Shown one piece after another: positions 18,475 through 27,878 of a stretch of 64,000 nucleotides of DNA. The DNA comes from an uncultured virus (IMG/VR IMGVR_UViG_3300029903_000001). Taxonomy: Duplodnaviria; Heunggongvirae; Uroviricota; Caudoviricetes. A program made the translations under genes and the position numbers. The DNA is taken from the IMG/VR virus record IMGVR_UViG_3300029903_000001; one strand, 5' to 3'. The notes beneath the pieces are model-generated. The model ran no database searches. It was not told where the DNA came from and saw nothing but the letters and a program-made list of their open reading frames with translations. Position 1 is the stretch's first letter; every line of letters begins with the position of its first letter.

Positions 18475-21183
18475 ATGCTGAAAAAACTCCTCGCCCTCGC
18501 CGCCCTGCTCCTCGCCTCTCCCGCGCTGGCGCAAACCGTCACGCAGTCGGGCACCGTCACCCGTAACCACATCCCCTACTGGGTGACATCCGGTGTCATC
18601 GGCGACAGCGGCTCGGCCACCGACAGCCCGATCTCGGGGATCGGCATCACCAATGAAGGTGGGGCGGGCCTGTGCGTGTCCAGCCAGCGGGCATCGGCCG
18701 CCGGGCGCCAGCAACTGTGCCTGTCCGCCGGCACCGGCACTGGCGGGATCATCTCGCTTCAAAATTACGGGACCGCCACCGCTCAAGGACTCAGCTTCGT
18801 CATTAACGGCACCCCGGTCAATCTGCCCACCGGTGGCGGCAACTTCCTCGTGTCTTCAGGCGTTATCGTCAACGGGCACCTGCCGTGTTTCTCGGGCACC
18901 CTGGGCGTTGTCGTCGACTGCGGCACCTCGATCGGCGCAGGCACCGCGTTCGGGCTGCCCTACTACTCGACCACGTCCTCGCTGGGCTCGACCGGCGCCG
19001 GCACCTCCGGGCAGTTCCTGATCGGCCAGGGCGCGTCGATACCGCTGTGGGCCACCCTGTCGGGCGACGTCAGCAGCGTCAGCGGCGGCGGCGTGGTGAC
19101 GCTTGGCAAGGTCAACGGCATCCCATACAGCGCGACCTACGCTGCCAACGGCGTGCTGATCGGCGAGGGCATCAACGCCTTCCACTCGATCTCCACGCTC
19201 AACGTCGGCCAGTGCCTGCTCAGTCAGGGCGCGTCCGACCCGATCTGGTCTTCGTGCGCCTCGGGCTCGGGATCGGCCGGCGGCTCGAACACGCAGGTGC
19301 AGTTCAACAACTCCACCGCGCTTGGTGGCTCGGTGAACCTGACATGGGTGTCGCCCACGCTGACCATTGGCGTCGCCGGCGCAACAACCGGCCAGCTTGG
19401 TCTCGCGTCGTCCACCGCCACCGGTACCGTCACCCTACAGGCCCCCGGCGTTTCGACCAGTTACAATTTCAACTTCCCCGTTGCCGCCGGCACCTCCGGC
19501 CAGCCGATGCTTTCCGGTGGCGGCGGCTCGACCCCCAACACGTTCGGTACGCTGAACATCGGCGGTGGCGGCACCAACTGCACATCCGCCTCGGGAACGT
19601 GCCTGGACAATATCACCGGGTTCGCTTCAACCGGGTTCGTGCAGCGGACCGGTGCGGGCAGCTATACGTTCTCGCTGGTGGTGCCGGTGTCGGGCGGCGG
19701 CACGGGGCTCGCCAATGGCACATCCGGCGGCATCCTCGGGTTCACAGGCACCGGCACCATCGCATCGTCCGGACTACTCGCACAGTACGGGTTACTGGTT
19801 GGTGGTGGCACGGGAGCTACCCCGGCGTCGATCACCAACGGCTCGGCCGGGCAACTGCTGCTAGCGCAGACGTCGGCCAACCCGGCATGGAGCACCATGA
19901 GCGGGGATGCCACTCTTGCTTCAAGCGGCGCGCTCACCATCGCCGCCAGCGCGGTCACGGTTGCCAAGCAGGCCAACGCCGCAGCATGGACGCTCGAAGG
20001 CAACTTCACAAGCGGGTCAGCCGCTCCGCAGTTCTCGACGATCGGATCGCTGACGCAGAAAGCGTCGCCGGCTTCCAGCGACCTGATACTCATTCAGGAT
20101 CAGGCTGCGTCAGGCGCGCTGAAATACGCCACGGTGTCGTCGGTCGCGACGGCGGGCTCGGTTGCGTCGGTCAATACGCTGACCGGTGCCGTGACCCTGC
20201 TGACCGAGGCGCAGGGGCGTCTGACCCTGACCGCCAACACGCCGGTGATGACGGCAAGCGCGTCGGCGCAGACCACCTTGCGGTATGACGCCTACATTGG
20301 CAACCAAGTACCCTACTACACCGGCACCAACGACGCCATCGACACCATCGCTTCCAACGAAGTCACCGACGCCATGGTGTCGGCGGCGAGTGCGGGGCAG
20401 GTCGTCAGCGGCAACGTCTACGATGTGTGGTGGGTGCACAGCGGCACCAACCGGATTTGTCTGGCGATGTCGTCTTCGACGGGCGGTGGCGGCGGATGGT
20501 CGTCTGACACGGGTGGGTCGAACACGGCGCGCGGCAGCGGTTTCTCGCAGCTTGATCGCACCACGCGGCCTTACACGACCAACAAGAACGCCCTCGCCAA
20601 CTGCTTCAACGCTGCAACAAACTATGGATCGGTTAGCGCCAACCAGGGCACTTACCTCGGCACGGTGTACGCCTCGGCGAACGGACAAGTCAGTTGGACA
20701 TACGGAGCATACGCATCAGGTTGGACGGCCGGATTGCTCGGTGTCTGGAATATGTACAACCGGGTGCTGGTCACGTCCACTAACGGGGACACTACAGCGT
20801 CATGGACCTACAACACCAGCGACACACCACGAGCTCCTAACGGCAACACGACCACTGCCAGGACATCAGTTGTCACAGGGTTGGCGGACGATGCTACGAG
20901 CATGTATTGCAGCAGTCCAACGCTGAGCGGCGCAAGCGGCTATGCCGCATTGGGCGTGGGCCTTAATTCGACCTCGACGACATCAGGACTGTCAAACGTG
21001 GGATCGGGTGCTGCTTCCTCCCTGGGAGGAGCAACCGCGTCATACAGCGGCACCTTACTGGGGTTTAATTTCCTCTCGGCGCTAGAAATCATCCACTCTT
21101 CCGGGGTGGCCCAAACATTTTATGGGCAAGGCGGCTTGGCCGCCTGGGCGAGCAGCGGATGCACTTTCAGTGCGAGGATGTAA
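18475..21183 (+). CDS. Tail fibre / receptor-binding protein with N-terminal signal peptide
   Basis: ~900 aa Gly/Ser/Thr-rich; 'GGSNTQVQFN', 'GGTG' and 'VASVNTLTGAV' fibre motifs; begins MLKKLLALAALLLASPALA. Confidence 0.7.
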   Translation: MLKKLLALAALLLASPALAQTVTQSGTVTRNHIPYWVTSGVIGDSGSATDSPISGIGITNEGGAGLCVSSQRASAAGRQQLCLSAGTGTGGIISLQNYGTATAQGLSFVINGTPVNLPTGGGNFLVSSGVIVNGHLPCFSGTLGVVVDCGTSIGAGTAFGLPYYSTTSSLGSTGAGTSGQFLIGQGASIPLWATLSGDVSSVSGGGVVTLGKVNGIPYSATYAANGVLIGEGINAFHSISTLNVGQCLLSQGASDPIWSSCASGSGSAGGSNTQVQFNNSTALGGSVNLTWVSPTLTIGVAGATTGQLGLASSTATGTVTLQAPGVSTSYNFNFPVAAGTSGQPMLSGGGGSTPNTFGTLNIGGGGTNCTSASGTCLDNITGFASTGFVQRTGAGSYTFSLVVPVSGGGTGLANGTSGGILGFTGTGTIASSGLLAQYGLLVGGGTGATPASITNGSAGQLLLAQTSANPAWSTMSGDATLASSGALTIAASAVTVAKQANAAAWTLEGNFTSGSAAPQFSTIGSLTQKASPASSDLILIQDQAASGALKYATVSSVATAGSVASVNTLTGAVTLLTEAQGRLTLTANTPVMTASASAQTTLRYDAYIGNQVPYYTGTNDAIDTIASNEVTDAMVSAASAGQVVSGNVYDVWWVHSGTNRICLAMSSSTGGGGGWSSDTGGSNTARGSGFSQLDRTTRPYTTNKNALANCFNAATNYGSVSANQGTYLGTVYASANGQVSWTYGAYASGWTAGLLGVWNMYNRVLVTSTNGDTTASWTYNTSDTPRAPNGNTTTARTSVVTGLADDATSMYCSSPTLSGASGYAALGVGLNSTSTTSGLSNVGSGAASSLGGATASYSGTLLGFNFLSALEIIHSSGVAQTFYGQGGLAAWASSGCTFSARM

Positions 21184-21819
21184 ATGGCCTTCATCAACGC
21201 TCTCTACAATCTCTGGCCCGACGGCGACATGCGCATTCCCGGCCTGCGCGACGCCATAGCCAAATCGGCGCCGACCGTGTTTCCGAAATATGGGATCGAC
21301 TCGAACCTGCTGGTCGCCCACCTGATGGCGCAGGGGTCGCTCGAATGCGGGGCCGGTGTCGAGGTCGAGGAAAACCTCAACTACTCCGCCAAGCGCATGA
21401 CGGAAGTCTGGCCGTCCCGGTTCCCATCGATCAACAACGCGGTCCCGTTCGCGCATAACCCGCGTGCACTCGCCAACAAGGTCTACAACGGGCGGATGGG
21501 CAACGCCCTGAATTCCAACGACGGCTGGAACTACCGCGGGCGAGGCTTCACCCAGACCACCGGGCTCGAGGGATACGTCAAGCTGCAGGGCTTCCTCGCC
21601 AAGGGCGGCGTCATCCTCGACCTGCTGCACCACCCCGAGCTGGTCAACGACCCCGAGCACTTTCTCGAGTGCGGCGCGGCCGATTTTATTCTCTGCGGCT
21701 GCCTGCCCTATGCCGAAGCCGACAACGTCACCAAGGTGACCCTGCACCTCAACGGCGGCTACACCGACCTCTCGGACCGGATTTTGTGGCTGCGGAAGTG
21801 GAAAGCCGCCTTGCACTGA
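21184..21819 (+). CDS. Endolysin, glycoside hydrolase family 19-like
   Basis: EENLNYS, ANKVY..RMGN, DGWNYRGRGFTQTTG and LNGG motifs. Confidence 0.85.
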   Translation: MAFINALYNLWPDGDMRIPGLRDAIAKSAPTVFPKYGIDSNLLVAHLMAQGSLECGAGVEVEENLNYSAKRMTEVWPSRFPSINNAVPFAHNPRALANKVYNGRMGNALNSNDGWNYRGRGFTQTTGLEGYVKLQGFLAKGGVILDLLHHPELVNDPEHFLECGAADFILCGCLPYAEADNVTKVTLHLNGGYTDLSDRILWLRKWKAALH

Positions 21820-21867
21820 CCCCGCAACCGTGACAAGTTCCCCTGCAACCAATAGGAGCATCACCCT

Positions 21868-22344
21868 ATGAACCTTCCAACCCAGCACCAGCTCGTTGTT
21901 GCCGGCACCTTTGTCGGGTCGTCCGCGGCCTCGGTTGTGGCCACGCTGGGGATGGTGCACCTTCTCAGCCCTGCCGACGTCAATGCCGCCACCCAGGCCG
22001 TCGGGCAGATCAGCGACGGCATCGCCAAGATCATGCTGGGCGCCGGTACCCTGCTGACGATCGGAGGCGGCGTCTACACCACGATCAAATCCAGCCCGTT
22101 CGCCAGTCTGTTCCGCGCCTCGGCCACGATCGCCGCCGATCCCGTCAAGCTGGCCCAGTTGCAAGCCACGCCCACCGACCAGCAAGCCGCGCTGGTGACC
22201 GTCACAGACAAGCTGCCCGATGTGGCATCTGTCAGCACTACACGCACCACAGCAGGGCATGCGCTGGCCAGTGCCGTCCCCAGTCCGACCGTTCAGCCGG
22301 TGGCACCGCCCCCGAAGGCAACCATGCGGGATATGGGGGCATGA
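21868..22344 (+). CDS. Membrane protein, holin-like
   Basis: Two N-terminal hydrophobic helices; directly after endolysin; AGGAG RBS. Confidence 0.5.
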   Translation: MNLPTQHQLVVAGTFVGSSAASVVATLGMVHLLSPADVNAATQAVGQISDGIAKIMLGAGTLLTIGGGVYTTIKSSPFASLFRASATIAADPVKLAQLQATPTDQQAALVTVTDKLPDVASVSTTRTTAGHALASAVPSPTVQPVAPPPKATMRDMGA

Positions 22345-23090
22345 ACTACGCGTTCGGCAAGAAGCCGGCACGCCCCGACTCAGTCACGTTGAAGCTGGGC
22401 ACGGTACTCAACGCCCCCGCGCTTCCCACACCGCCGGTCGAATTCGGCCCTCCGTCGATCAGCACCTGGTTCGTGCTCGGCAACGACCTGTATTCCGACT
22501 GCGTGTTCGCCGGTGCCGCGCACGAAACCAAGCTCTGGAACGCCAGGGTCGGCCTCTATACGCCGTTCACGAGAGCGGACGTTCTGTCGGATTACACAGC
22601 CGTCACCGGGTTCAGCATCAGCGACCCGTCGACGGACCAGGGCACCGATGTCCAAGCGGCGGCAGCGTATCGCCAGAAGACGGGCATACGGGATGGCCTC
22701 GGCACCCGCCACAAGGTCGACGCCTACGCCGCACTCAGAGTCGGGGATCTCAACGAACTCGCTCTGGCGGCGTGGCTGTTCGGCGCCGTCGGGGTCGGCC
22801 TCCAGCTTCCGGCGAGTGCAACCACGCAATTCAACGACGGGCAAATCTGGGATGTCCCCACAGGCACCGTCGGCTTCAACGGGCACTACGCGCCTTGTGT
22901 CGGGCGCAACAGCGCCGGCAACTTTGTGTTCGTGACGTGGGGAGGGCTGCAGGCTGCTACGCCGGCTTACGTGCAGATGTTCATGGACGAAGCGGTTGCC
23001 TACCTGTCGGTCGAACAGTTGAAAGACAACGTCGCGCCGTCAGGCTATAACCTCGACACGCTGACCCAGTATCTGAGAGAACTGCCATGA
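22341..23090 (+). CDS. Papain-like cysteine peptidase domain protein
   Basis: GND..SDCVFA (Cys), GHY (His) and VTWG motifs. Confidence 0.6.
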   Translation: MNYAFGKKPARPDSVTLKLGTVLNAPALPTPPVEFGPPSISTWFVLGNDLYSDCVFAGAAHETKLWNARVGLYTPFTRADVLSDYTAVTGFSISDPSTDQGTDVQAAAAYRQKTGIRDGLGTRHKVDAYAALRVGDLNELALAAWLFGAVGVGLQLPASATTQFNDGQIWDVPTGTVGFNGHYAPCVGRNSAGNFVFVTWGGLQAATPAYVQMFMDEAVAYLSVEQLKDNVAPSGYNLDTLTQYLRELP

Positions 23091-23272
23091 GCGTAAAACC
23101 AACCGTGAAGCAGCTTAACGCCGGTTTCGACGCCGGCCGCAAAGCCCTCAACGACTACTCCTCGTTCGATTCGAGCCTGGTGCCGGACGCGGCCCTGCTC
23201 ACGTTCGTCACCGCGGTGGCGACGGCCATCCTGAACACCCCACCAACCACGGAGCCTGCCCCTGATGCGTAA
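23087..23272 (+). CDS. Hypothetical protein
   Basis: 61 aa, translationally coupled. Confidence 0.45.
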   Translation: MSVKPTVKQLNAGFDAGRKALNDYSSFDSSLVPDAALLTFVTAVATAILNTPPTTEPAPDA

Positions 23273-23630
23273 CCTGATCCGAGCTGGCCTGATCGCCGGC
23301 GCTGCCTTGAGCCTTGCCGCGTGCGGGACTACCGCACAGACCACTTCCACCATTTCCTCGATCGAGACACAGGTGCAGGCCGACACCAATCTGGCCTGCG
23401 GGTTCATCCCGACGATCGCCACGATCGCGGCACTGATCCCCGGCATCGGCAGTGGCGTCTCGGCGGTCGGCACCATCGCCAGCACCATCTGCTCGGCGAT
23501 CTCCTCGATGCCTGCACCCAAGACCGCAAGCGCGAAGCTGAAGGGCGCCGCGGCCGGCGTGCCAGTGACGGTCACCACGATCACCGTGAGCGGCAAGAAG
23601 GTACCGATTACGGGCACGTTCACCCGGTAA
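23265..23630 (+). CDS. Lipoprotein
   Basis: Signal peptide with lipobox LAAC. Confidence 0.65.
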   Translation: MRNLIRAGLIAGAALSLAACGTTAQTTSTISSIETQVQADTNLACGFIPTIATIAALIPGIGSGVSAVGTIASTICSAISSMPAPKTASAKLKGAAAGVPVTVTTITVSGKKVPITGTFTR

Positions 23631-23643
23631 GTGGTGCGGGGCC

Positions 23644-24165
23644 ATGCTCGACGGTGTGGTCAAAATACGGTTCTGCCGCGACAAGGGTTGGAAATACACT
23701 GTCGTGGCATGGCGGGGCTTGCGCTGCATGCCGTTCACGCCCACGCACGTCGAAGCCAAGACCCCGCAACACACGCTCCTGGGGATGCACGGGAAGCCTC
23801 ATGACGGCTTTCCCGCCGGAATGGTCGAGCGCGAGGTGGGGTACGACTACGACCACATCTACGTCATGCCCGACGGCCGGCGGTGCGACATCACCGTCGA
23901 GATACCCTGCACCAAGGCGCAGGAGGACGCTTTTTACGCTTTCCTGAGAAAGTCGATCGGCGAGCCCTACGACTGGCTGGCGCCGTGGACGTTCCTCCTC
24001 GGCGGGCACCACCATTCCAGATTTCACTCCACGTGCGCGGCCAAGATCCACATGGCTTTCCGCGAGAGCGGCATATTCCGCTGGCCGACATCGAAGCCGG
24101 CGAACGAGTACGAGCCGGCCGACATCATGGACGTCCTGTCCCACCTCGTAGAGATACCGCACTGA
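23644..24165 (+). CDS. Permuted papain-like (YiiX/NlpC-P60-type) enzyme
   Basis: THVE His precedes GEPYDW and STCA Cys. Confidence 0.55.
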   Translation: MLDGVVKIRFCRDKGWKYTVVAWRGLRCMPFTPTHVEAKTPQHTLLGMHGKPHDGFPAGMVEREVGYDYDHIYVMPDGRRCDITVEIPCTKAQEDAFYAFLRKSIGEPYDWLAPWTFLLGGHHHSRFHSTCAAKIHMAFRESGIFRWPTSKPANEYEPADIMDVLSHLVEIPH

Positions 24166-24175
24166 GTGGGGGCAA

Positions 24176-24472
24176 ATGGACTATGCAGACGTTCTCAGCA
24201 TCCTGGACATCCAGTTTATCGCCGCTGGCGCCCTCGGCGGGCTGGTGCACGCTTTCCGTGTGCAAAAAGCCACCCCTTGGGAAATCGTAGGATTCATCGT
24301 CGTGGGGAGTCTGGCTGCGAACTTTATGGCTCCCCAGGTGTTGAAGCTGCTGACCCTGCTCCCATCGGGGTTTGTTGCCTTCGGAATCGGGATGAGCGGC
24401 AAGCATCTGTGCTACGCCGTCGAGAGGTTCTTCGATAAGCTGGACATATTCGGAAAAACGCGAAATGAATAA
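24176..24472 (+). CDS. Holin-like membrane protein
   Basis: 98 aa, three hydrophobic segments, 'AGALGGLV'. Confidence 0.6.
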   Translation: MDYADVLSILDIQFIAAGALGGLVHAFRVQKATPWEIVGFIVVGSLAANFMAPQVLKLLTLLPSGFVAFGIGMSGKHLCYAVERFFDKLDIFGKTRNE

Positions 24473-24833
24473 CCTTGTCATAACGTTGTACGACCTTTCC
24501 GCCTACGCGGGGGCGCTGTTCCTGGCTTTTGTGCTCCGTCAGGCCATGAACGACCTGCACATCACACGGACCGATTCCCAGTGGATCCAAAACGCCCGAA
24601 GGAACGCGTTCATCTCGGCGGCAGCCTTCCTCTTTCTTACCGTCTACTTCCAGCCTTACTGGCTCGAACACCCCTCGGTGATCGCCGTCGGGCTGGTCTG
24701 CACCGGGCTGATGCTCGGGCTGATTTGGGTTCTGGCCGTCAGTGTGGTATCGCTGCGCTTGAGGGCACCCCCCAAGGGTAACCACGGAACACAGGCGGTG
24801 TCCGATTATTTGTGGCGGCGCCGACCGCCATAG
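24465..24833 (+). CDS. Membrane protein
   Basis: Three hydrophobic segments. Confidence 0.55.
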   Translation: MNNLVITLYDLSAYAGALFLAFVLRQAMNDLHITRTDSQWIQNARRNAFISAAAFLFLTVYFQPYWLEHPSVIAVGLVCTGLMLGLIWVLAVSVVSLRLRAPPKGNHGTQAVSDYLWRRRPP

Positions 24834-24836
24834 GAG

Positions 24837-25049
24837 TTGCTGATGGATCACGTCGACTGGAACACGGCCGGGCTCGTGGCAGTGGCTATCATCAACCTCT
24901 ATGTCGCGCACATGGCACGAAAAACCGAGAAAAATACCAACTCGATGAAAGACGAGCTGGTTAAATCCACCGCCAAGGCGAGCTACAGCGCCGGTGTCAA
25001 GCACGGGGAGGACAACCCCCGCGAACCCCCCAATGCGACGCCAGGCTAG
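24837..25049 (+). CDS. Small single-pass membrane protein
   Basis: One hydrophobic helix plus charged tail. Confidence 0.5.
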   Translation: MLMDHVDWNTAGLVAVAIINLYVAHMARKTEKNTNSMKDELVKSTAKASYSAGVKHGEDNPREPPNATPG

Positions 25050-25230
25050 GTTCATCTGCGAGCGCGTTCGCAAGAACAATGGCGTTGTGGAAGTGTTCTT
25101 CTCGCGCCGGGACACGACGCCGGAAGAACACGTCCTGATCAATATCGCCGGCGATCCCAACGAATACCTGGTGGGTGGCGGTTACCTTATTACGATCGAG
25201 CCGGTGTTCAGTCCGACAGCATCAGACTGA
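25033..25230 (+). CDS. Hypothetical protein
   Basis: Last gene of the + strand block. Confidence 0.4.
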   Translation: MRRQARFICERVRKNNGVVEVFFSRRDTTPEEHVLINIAGDPNEYLVGGGYLITIEPVFSPTASD

Positions 25231-25588
25231 TGAAAGTGCTCATGGCCGCGCGCTGATTGACGGTAAGACTACTGGCCAACCGGGCGAAGCGGGCGCCTTG
25301 CGGCTTCGCCAGGAAGTCCATTATGAGGTCGGTGTCGCCGGAAGGCTTGTGCTCGACCTCGCCAAGCAGATCGTCCCGACTGACATCCAGGCATTCGCAG
25401 ATTTTGTCCACCTTGCCAGCGCTGACCCGGTTCACGCCGTGCTCGTATTTCTGGATCTGCTGGAAGCTGACACCCAGCACCCGAGCCAGATCCGCCTGAC
25501 TCAGGCCCTTCATCCGGCGGTGCGCTTTAAGTCGCTTACCGATTTCGACATCGGTGGAATCGGGTGATCGTGGTGAACGTTTTGGCAT
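25208..25588 (-). CDS. XRE-family HTH transcriptional regulator
   Basis: 'GLSQADLARVLGVSFQQIQKYEHGVNRVSAG', typical alphaproteobacterial HTH_3. Confidence 0.85.
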   Translation of the reverse strand: MPKRSPRSPDSTDVEIGKRLKAHRRMKGLSQADLARVLGVSFQQIQKYEHGVNRVSAGKVDKICECLDVSRDDLLGEVEHKPSGDTDLIMDFLAKPQGARFARLASSLTVNQRAAMSTFISLMLSD

Positions 25589-25616
25589 TGGTTTGTTTCC
25601 CTTGGTGTAAACGACT

Positions 25617-25787
25617 CTAGCGCGTCGGCTGGTGCTGCGGCACGAACCGGATGAACGCCTTGACATGGCGCAGTTCGTCTTCGATCGCCGCGTCGTTGAT
25701 GCGGTTCATCTCCTTGACGAACTGAGCGCGTCGCTTTTTGGCGCGCTCGTTGGCGGTCGCGATGATCTCCCCGATCGTCTTGCTCAT
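25617..25787 (-). CDS. Small hypothetical protein (56 aa)
   Basis: Hand-translated MSKTIGEII...HQPTR; GGAGG RBS; coupled to upstream stop. Confidence 0.5.
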   Translation of the reverse strand: MSKTIGEIIATANERAKKRRAQFVKEMNRINDAAIEDELRHVKAFIRFVPQHQPTR

Positions 25788-27259
25788 GTCTGCCCTCCAA
25801 AGAAACTGTTCAGTACGTTTTGAACCTCGGGACTGGCACTGGCGTCCTGTCCTTGCCCGATGTTGAATTCAAGCTGCTGCCCCGAGCCCGGTCCCGTCGC
25901 AGATGCCACACCAGTACCCGTTTGCGCACCGGAATGCGCAGTCTGGGCAAAAGGGGCGGTCTGCTGCCCCGGGTGCGGGAACGGCGCCTGCTGGGGCCCG
26001 GCGGGCTGGCCGTTAGCCGCGGCGATCTCGGCCTGGGTGCGGCGCTTGCGGCGACCGGCGGGCTGCTCAGTAGGCGCAGTTCCGACAAATCCCTGCTGTG
26101 TTGCCACTGTCGAGGGGCCAGCCGCACCCTGGACATTTCCCGAAGGGAGCCCCGTAGGGAAACCGGGCTGCTGCACCTGCTGGTTACCCGGCCACCCTTG
26201 CTGCCCATTCGGTTGCTGAAATGCGCCCTGTGGGGCCGACTGCTGCACAGGCGGGACAAATTGTTGTCCCTGCCCCGCACCGGGGGCAGGTGTCTGGCCG
26301 AAAGGGTGCTGCGCAAATGCCGCATAGGGGTCCTGGTTGGGCTGCATCTGCTGCCGCTGGTCGCCGTACGGCGCTGAGAGCGCGGGGTTCTTGCTGATCG
26401 CGCGCTCAGGTGCCTGGCCGAAAGGGTGCTGATTGAGCGGCGTGGTGAAGCGGGGGTCGAGTTGCACTGGCTGGCCAGCAGGGGGCACCAGCTGGTTCGC
26501 GGGAAGCACGGTCGTGTGCGGGTGCACCGGCGCTGCAATGCGGTTGATCGATATCACCACGTCGTTCCGGCCGACTAGTGCGTCGGTGCGCTTCTGCGCG
26601 TAAGCCTCCTGCCGAAGCTTGGCGACCGTCTCGTCGATATAGGCCATAGCCGGACCACCCGGACGCGGCATGAACCCGAGCACACCCTGCGAGGTGAACC
26701 ACATCCTGGTGATCAGGTTGGCGGCGTTGACGCCGTTGCCTTTGCAGGTCGCCAGATACTCGCGGAGCGGCCCGTGGCTGGCCGGCGGCACCGCCAGCAT
26801 GAACAGCGTCGGGAAGCCCGGGATCAGCAGCGCGACTTTGTACTTCTCAGTGCACCACGGCACCTTGTTGCCGTTAGCGTTGATCTTGGTCCATTCCGAG
26901 CGCGGGCACGCCGCACAGGTTGGAGCCTGCGGGATGCTCGATCCGGTCGAAGGGCCGATACCGTTGTCAGAGTAGCAAACCGGCCGCTTGCCTTCCGCGG
27001 TCGAGTCATAGGCACCTTCGTAGTAGATCCGGCTCTTCACGTCGGCGACGTCGACAATGCACGCATCCAGGTACGGGCCGAGCTGGGGGTCGAACGTCGG
27101 GCATGGGATCTCGTTGCCCGCCGCGTCAACCAGCGTGAATCTGCCGTTGCCGATGTTGATGTGTGGCGGCATCGCCGCGCCGAGGTTGGCAACCGCGGCC
27201 TCGGCGATGTCTCGGATCTCGTACTGCTGCAAATGCGCGGGAAGCTGGTTTTGGGTCAA
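25784..27259 (-). CDS. Putative ssDNA-binding/annealing protein with long Gln/Pro-rich tail
   Basis: Cys motifs (VCYS, CAACP) in N-terminal domain; low-complexity C-terminus; replication-module position. Confidence 0.5.
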   Translation of the reverse strand: MTQNQLPAHLQQYEIRDIAEAAVANLGAAMPPHINIGNGRFTLVDAAGNEIPCPTFDPQLGPYLDACIVDVADVKSRIYYEGAYDSTAEGKRPVCYSDNGIGPSTGSSIPQAPTCAACPRSEWTKINANGNKVPWCTEKYKVALLIPGFPTLFMLAVPPASHGPLREYLATCKGNGVNAANLITRMWFTSQGVLGFMPRPGGPAMAYIDETVAKLRQEAYAQKRTDALVGRNDVVISINRIAAPVHPHTTVLPANQLVPPAGQPVQLDPRFTTPLNQHPFGQAPERAISKNPALSAPYGDQRQQMQPNQDPYAAFAQHPFGQTPAPGAGQGQQFVPPVQQSAPQGAFQQPNGQQGWPGNQQVQQPGFPTGLPSGNVQGAAGPSTVATQQGFVGTAPTEQPAGRRKRRTQAEIAAANGQPAGPQQAPFPHPGQQTAPFAQTAHSGAQTGTGVASATGPGSGQQLEFNIGQGQDASASPEVQNVLNSFFGGQT

Positions 27260-27263
27260 TGCT

Positions 27264-27722
27264 TTAACTCCGGTTGATGTTAAGACGGGAATACTTGCTC
27301 AGCGAGATGCCGTCCGGCAGCGCGCCGTTGTGCTCGTCCATGAACTGCCGAACCGCTTTGATGCCGATCGACAGCTTGATCTCGTCGCCGTAGACCTCCC
27401 AGTTGTCCGCGGCGAAGTCGAACAGTTTGGCAGAATCCTCGATCTTGACCGACTCCAGCCGCGAGATGTAGGCAGTACCGGCGTCGGTCTTGGTCGAGTC
27501 GGACCCCCGGGCGACCAGGCGGGCAAAAATATCGTCCTCGATCTCCTTGATCCGCGCCTTCAGCGGGGCCGCCCACTCGTTGAACTTGGCCATCCCCGCC
27601 TTGATCTGGTCTTCGAGCTTGTGGTTCTCGGCGATCAGGTCGTTGTCGGTGGGGGCGCTGTTGTGGCCGATCGCTGGCGCCGGTGATTCGGCAGGCTGTT
27701 CGGTTCGCTTGGTACGTGGCAT
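27264..27722 (-). CDS. Replication-module phage protein (coiled-coil plus beta)
   Basis: 152 aa; 'STKTDAGTAY' and 'LPDGI' motifs; CAAGGGAA RBS. Confidence 0.55.
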   Translation of the reverse strand: MPRTKRTEQPAESPAPAIGHNSAPTDNDLIAENHKLEDQIKAGMAKFNEWAAPLKARIKEIEDDIFARLVARGSDSTKTDAGTAYISRLESVKIEDSAKLFDFAADNWEVYGDEIKLSIGIKAVRQFMDEHNGALPDGISLSKYSRLNINRS

Positions 27723-27740
27723 TTGGTTCCCTTGTTAAAG

Positions 27741-27841
27741 CACGACATTCCGCGCCAGGCACGACAGCCCTGACAGAGGTGAGACCGCTCCGGGGTAGCT
27801 GTCAGATACTCCCGAATTAGTGCCTGACTCGGAATATCGTG
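27741..27841 (-). ncRNA. Structured 5' leader / cis-regulatory RNA candidate
   Basis: Three nested inverted repeats: 27741-52/27830-41, 27756-62/27820-26, 27770-76/27799-805. Confidence 0.5.
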
Positions 27842-27849
27842 TTAAATTC

Positions 27850-27877
27850 ATAATAATCACGCTACGATTGCTGTCAA
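27850..27877 (-). promoter_or_regulatory. Sigma70-like promoter
   Basis: TTGACA-16 nt-TATTAT on minus strand. Confidence 0.55.
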
Positions 27878-27878
27878 G

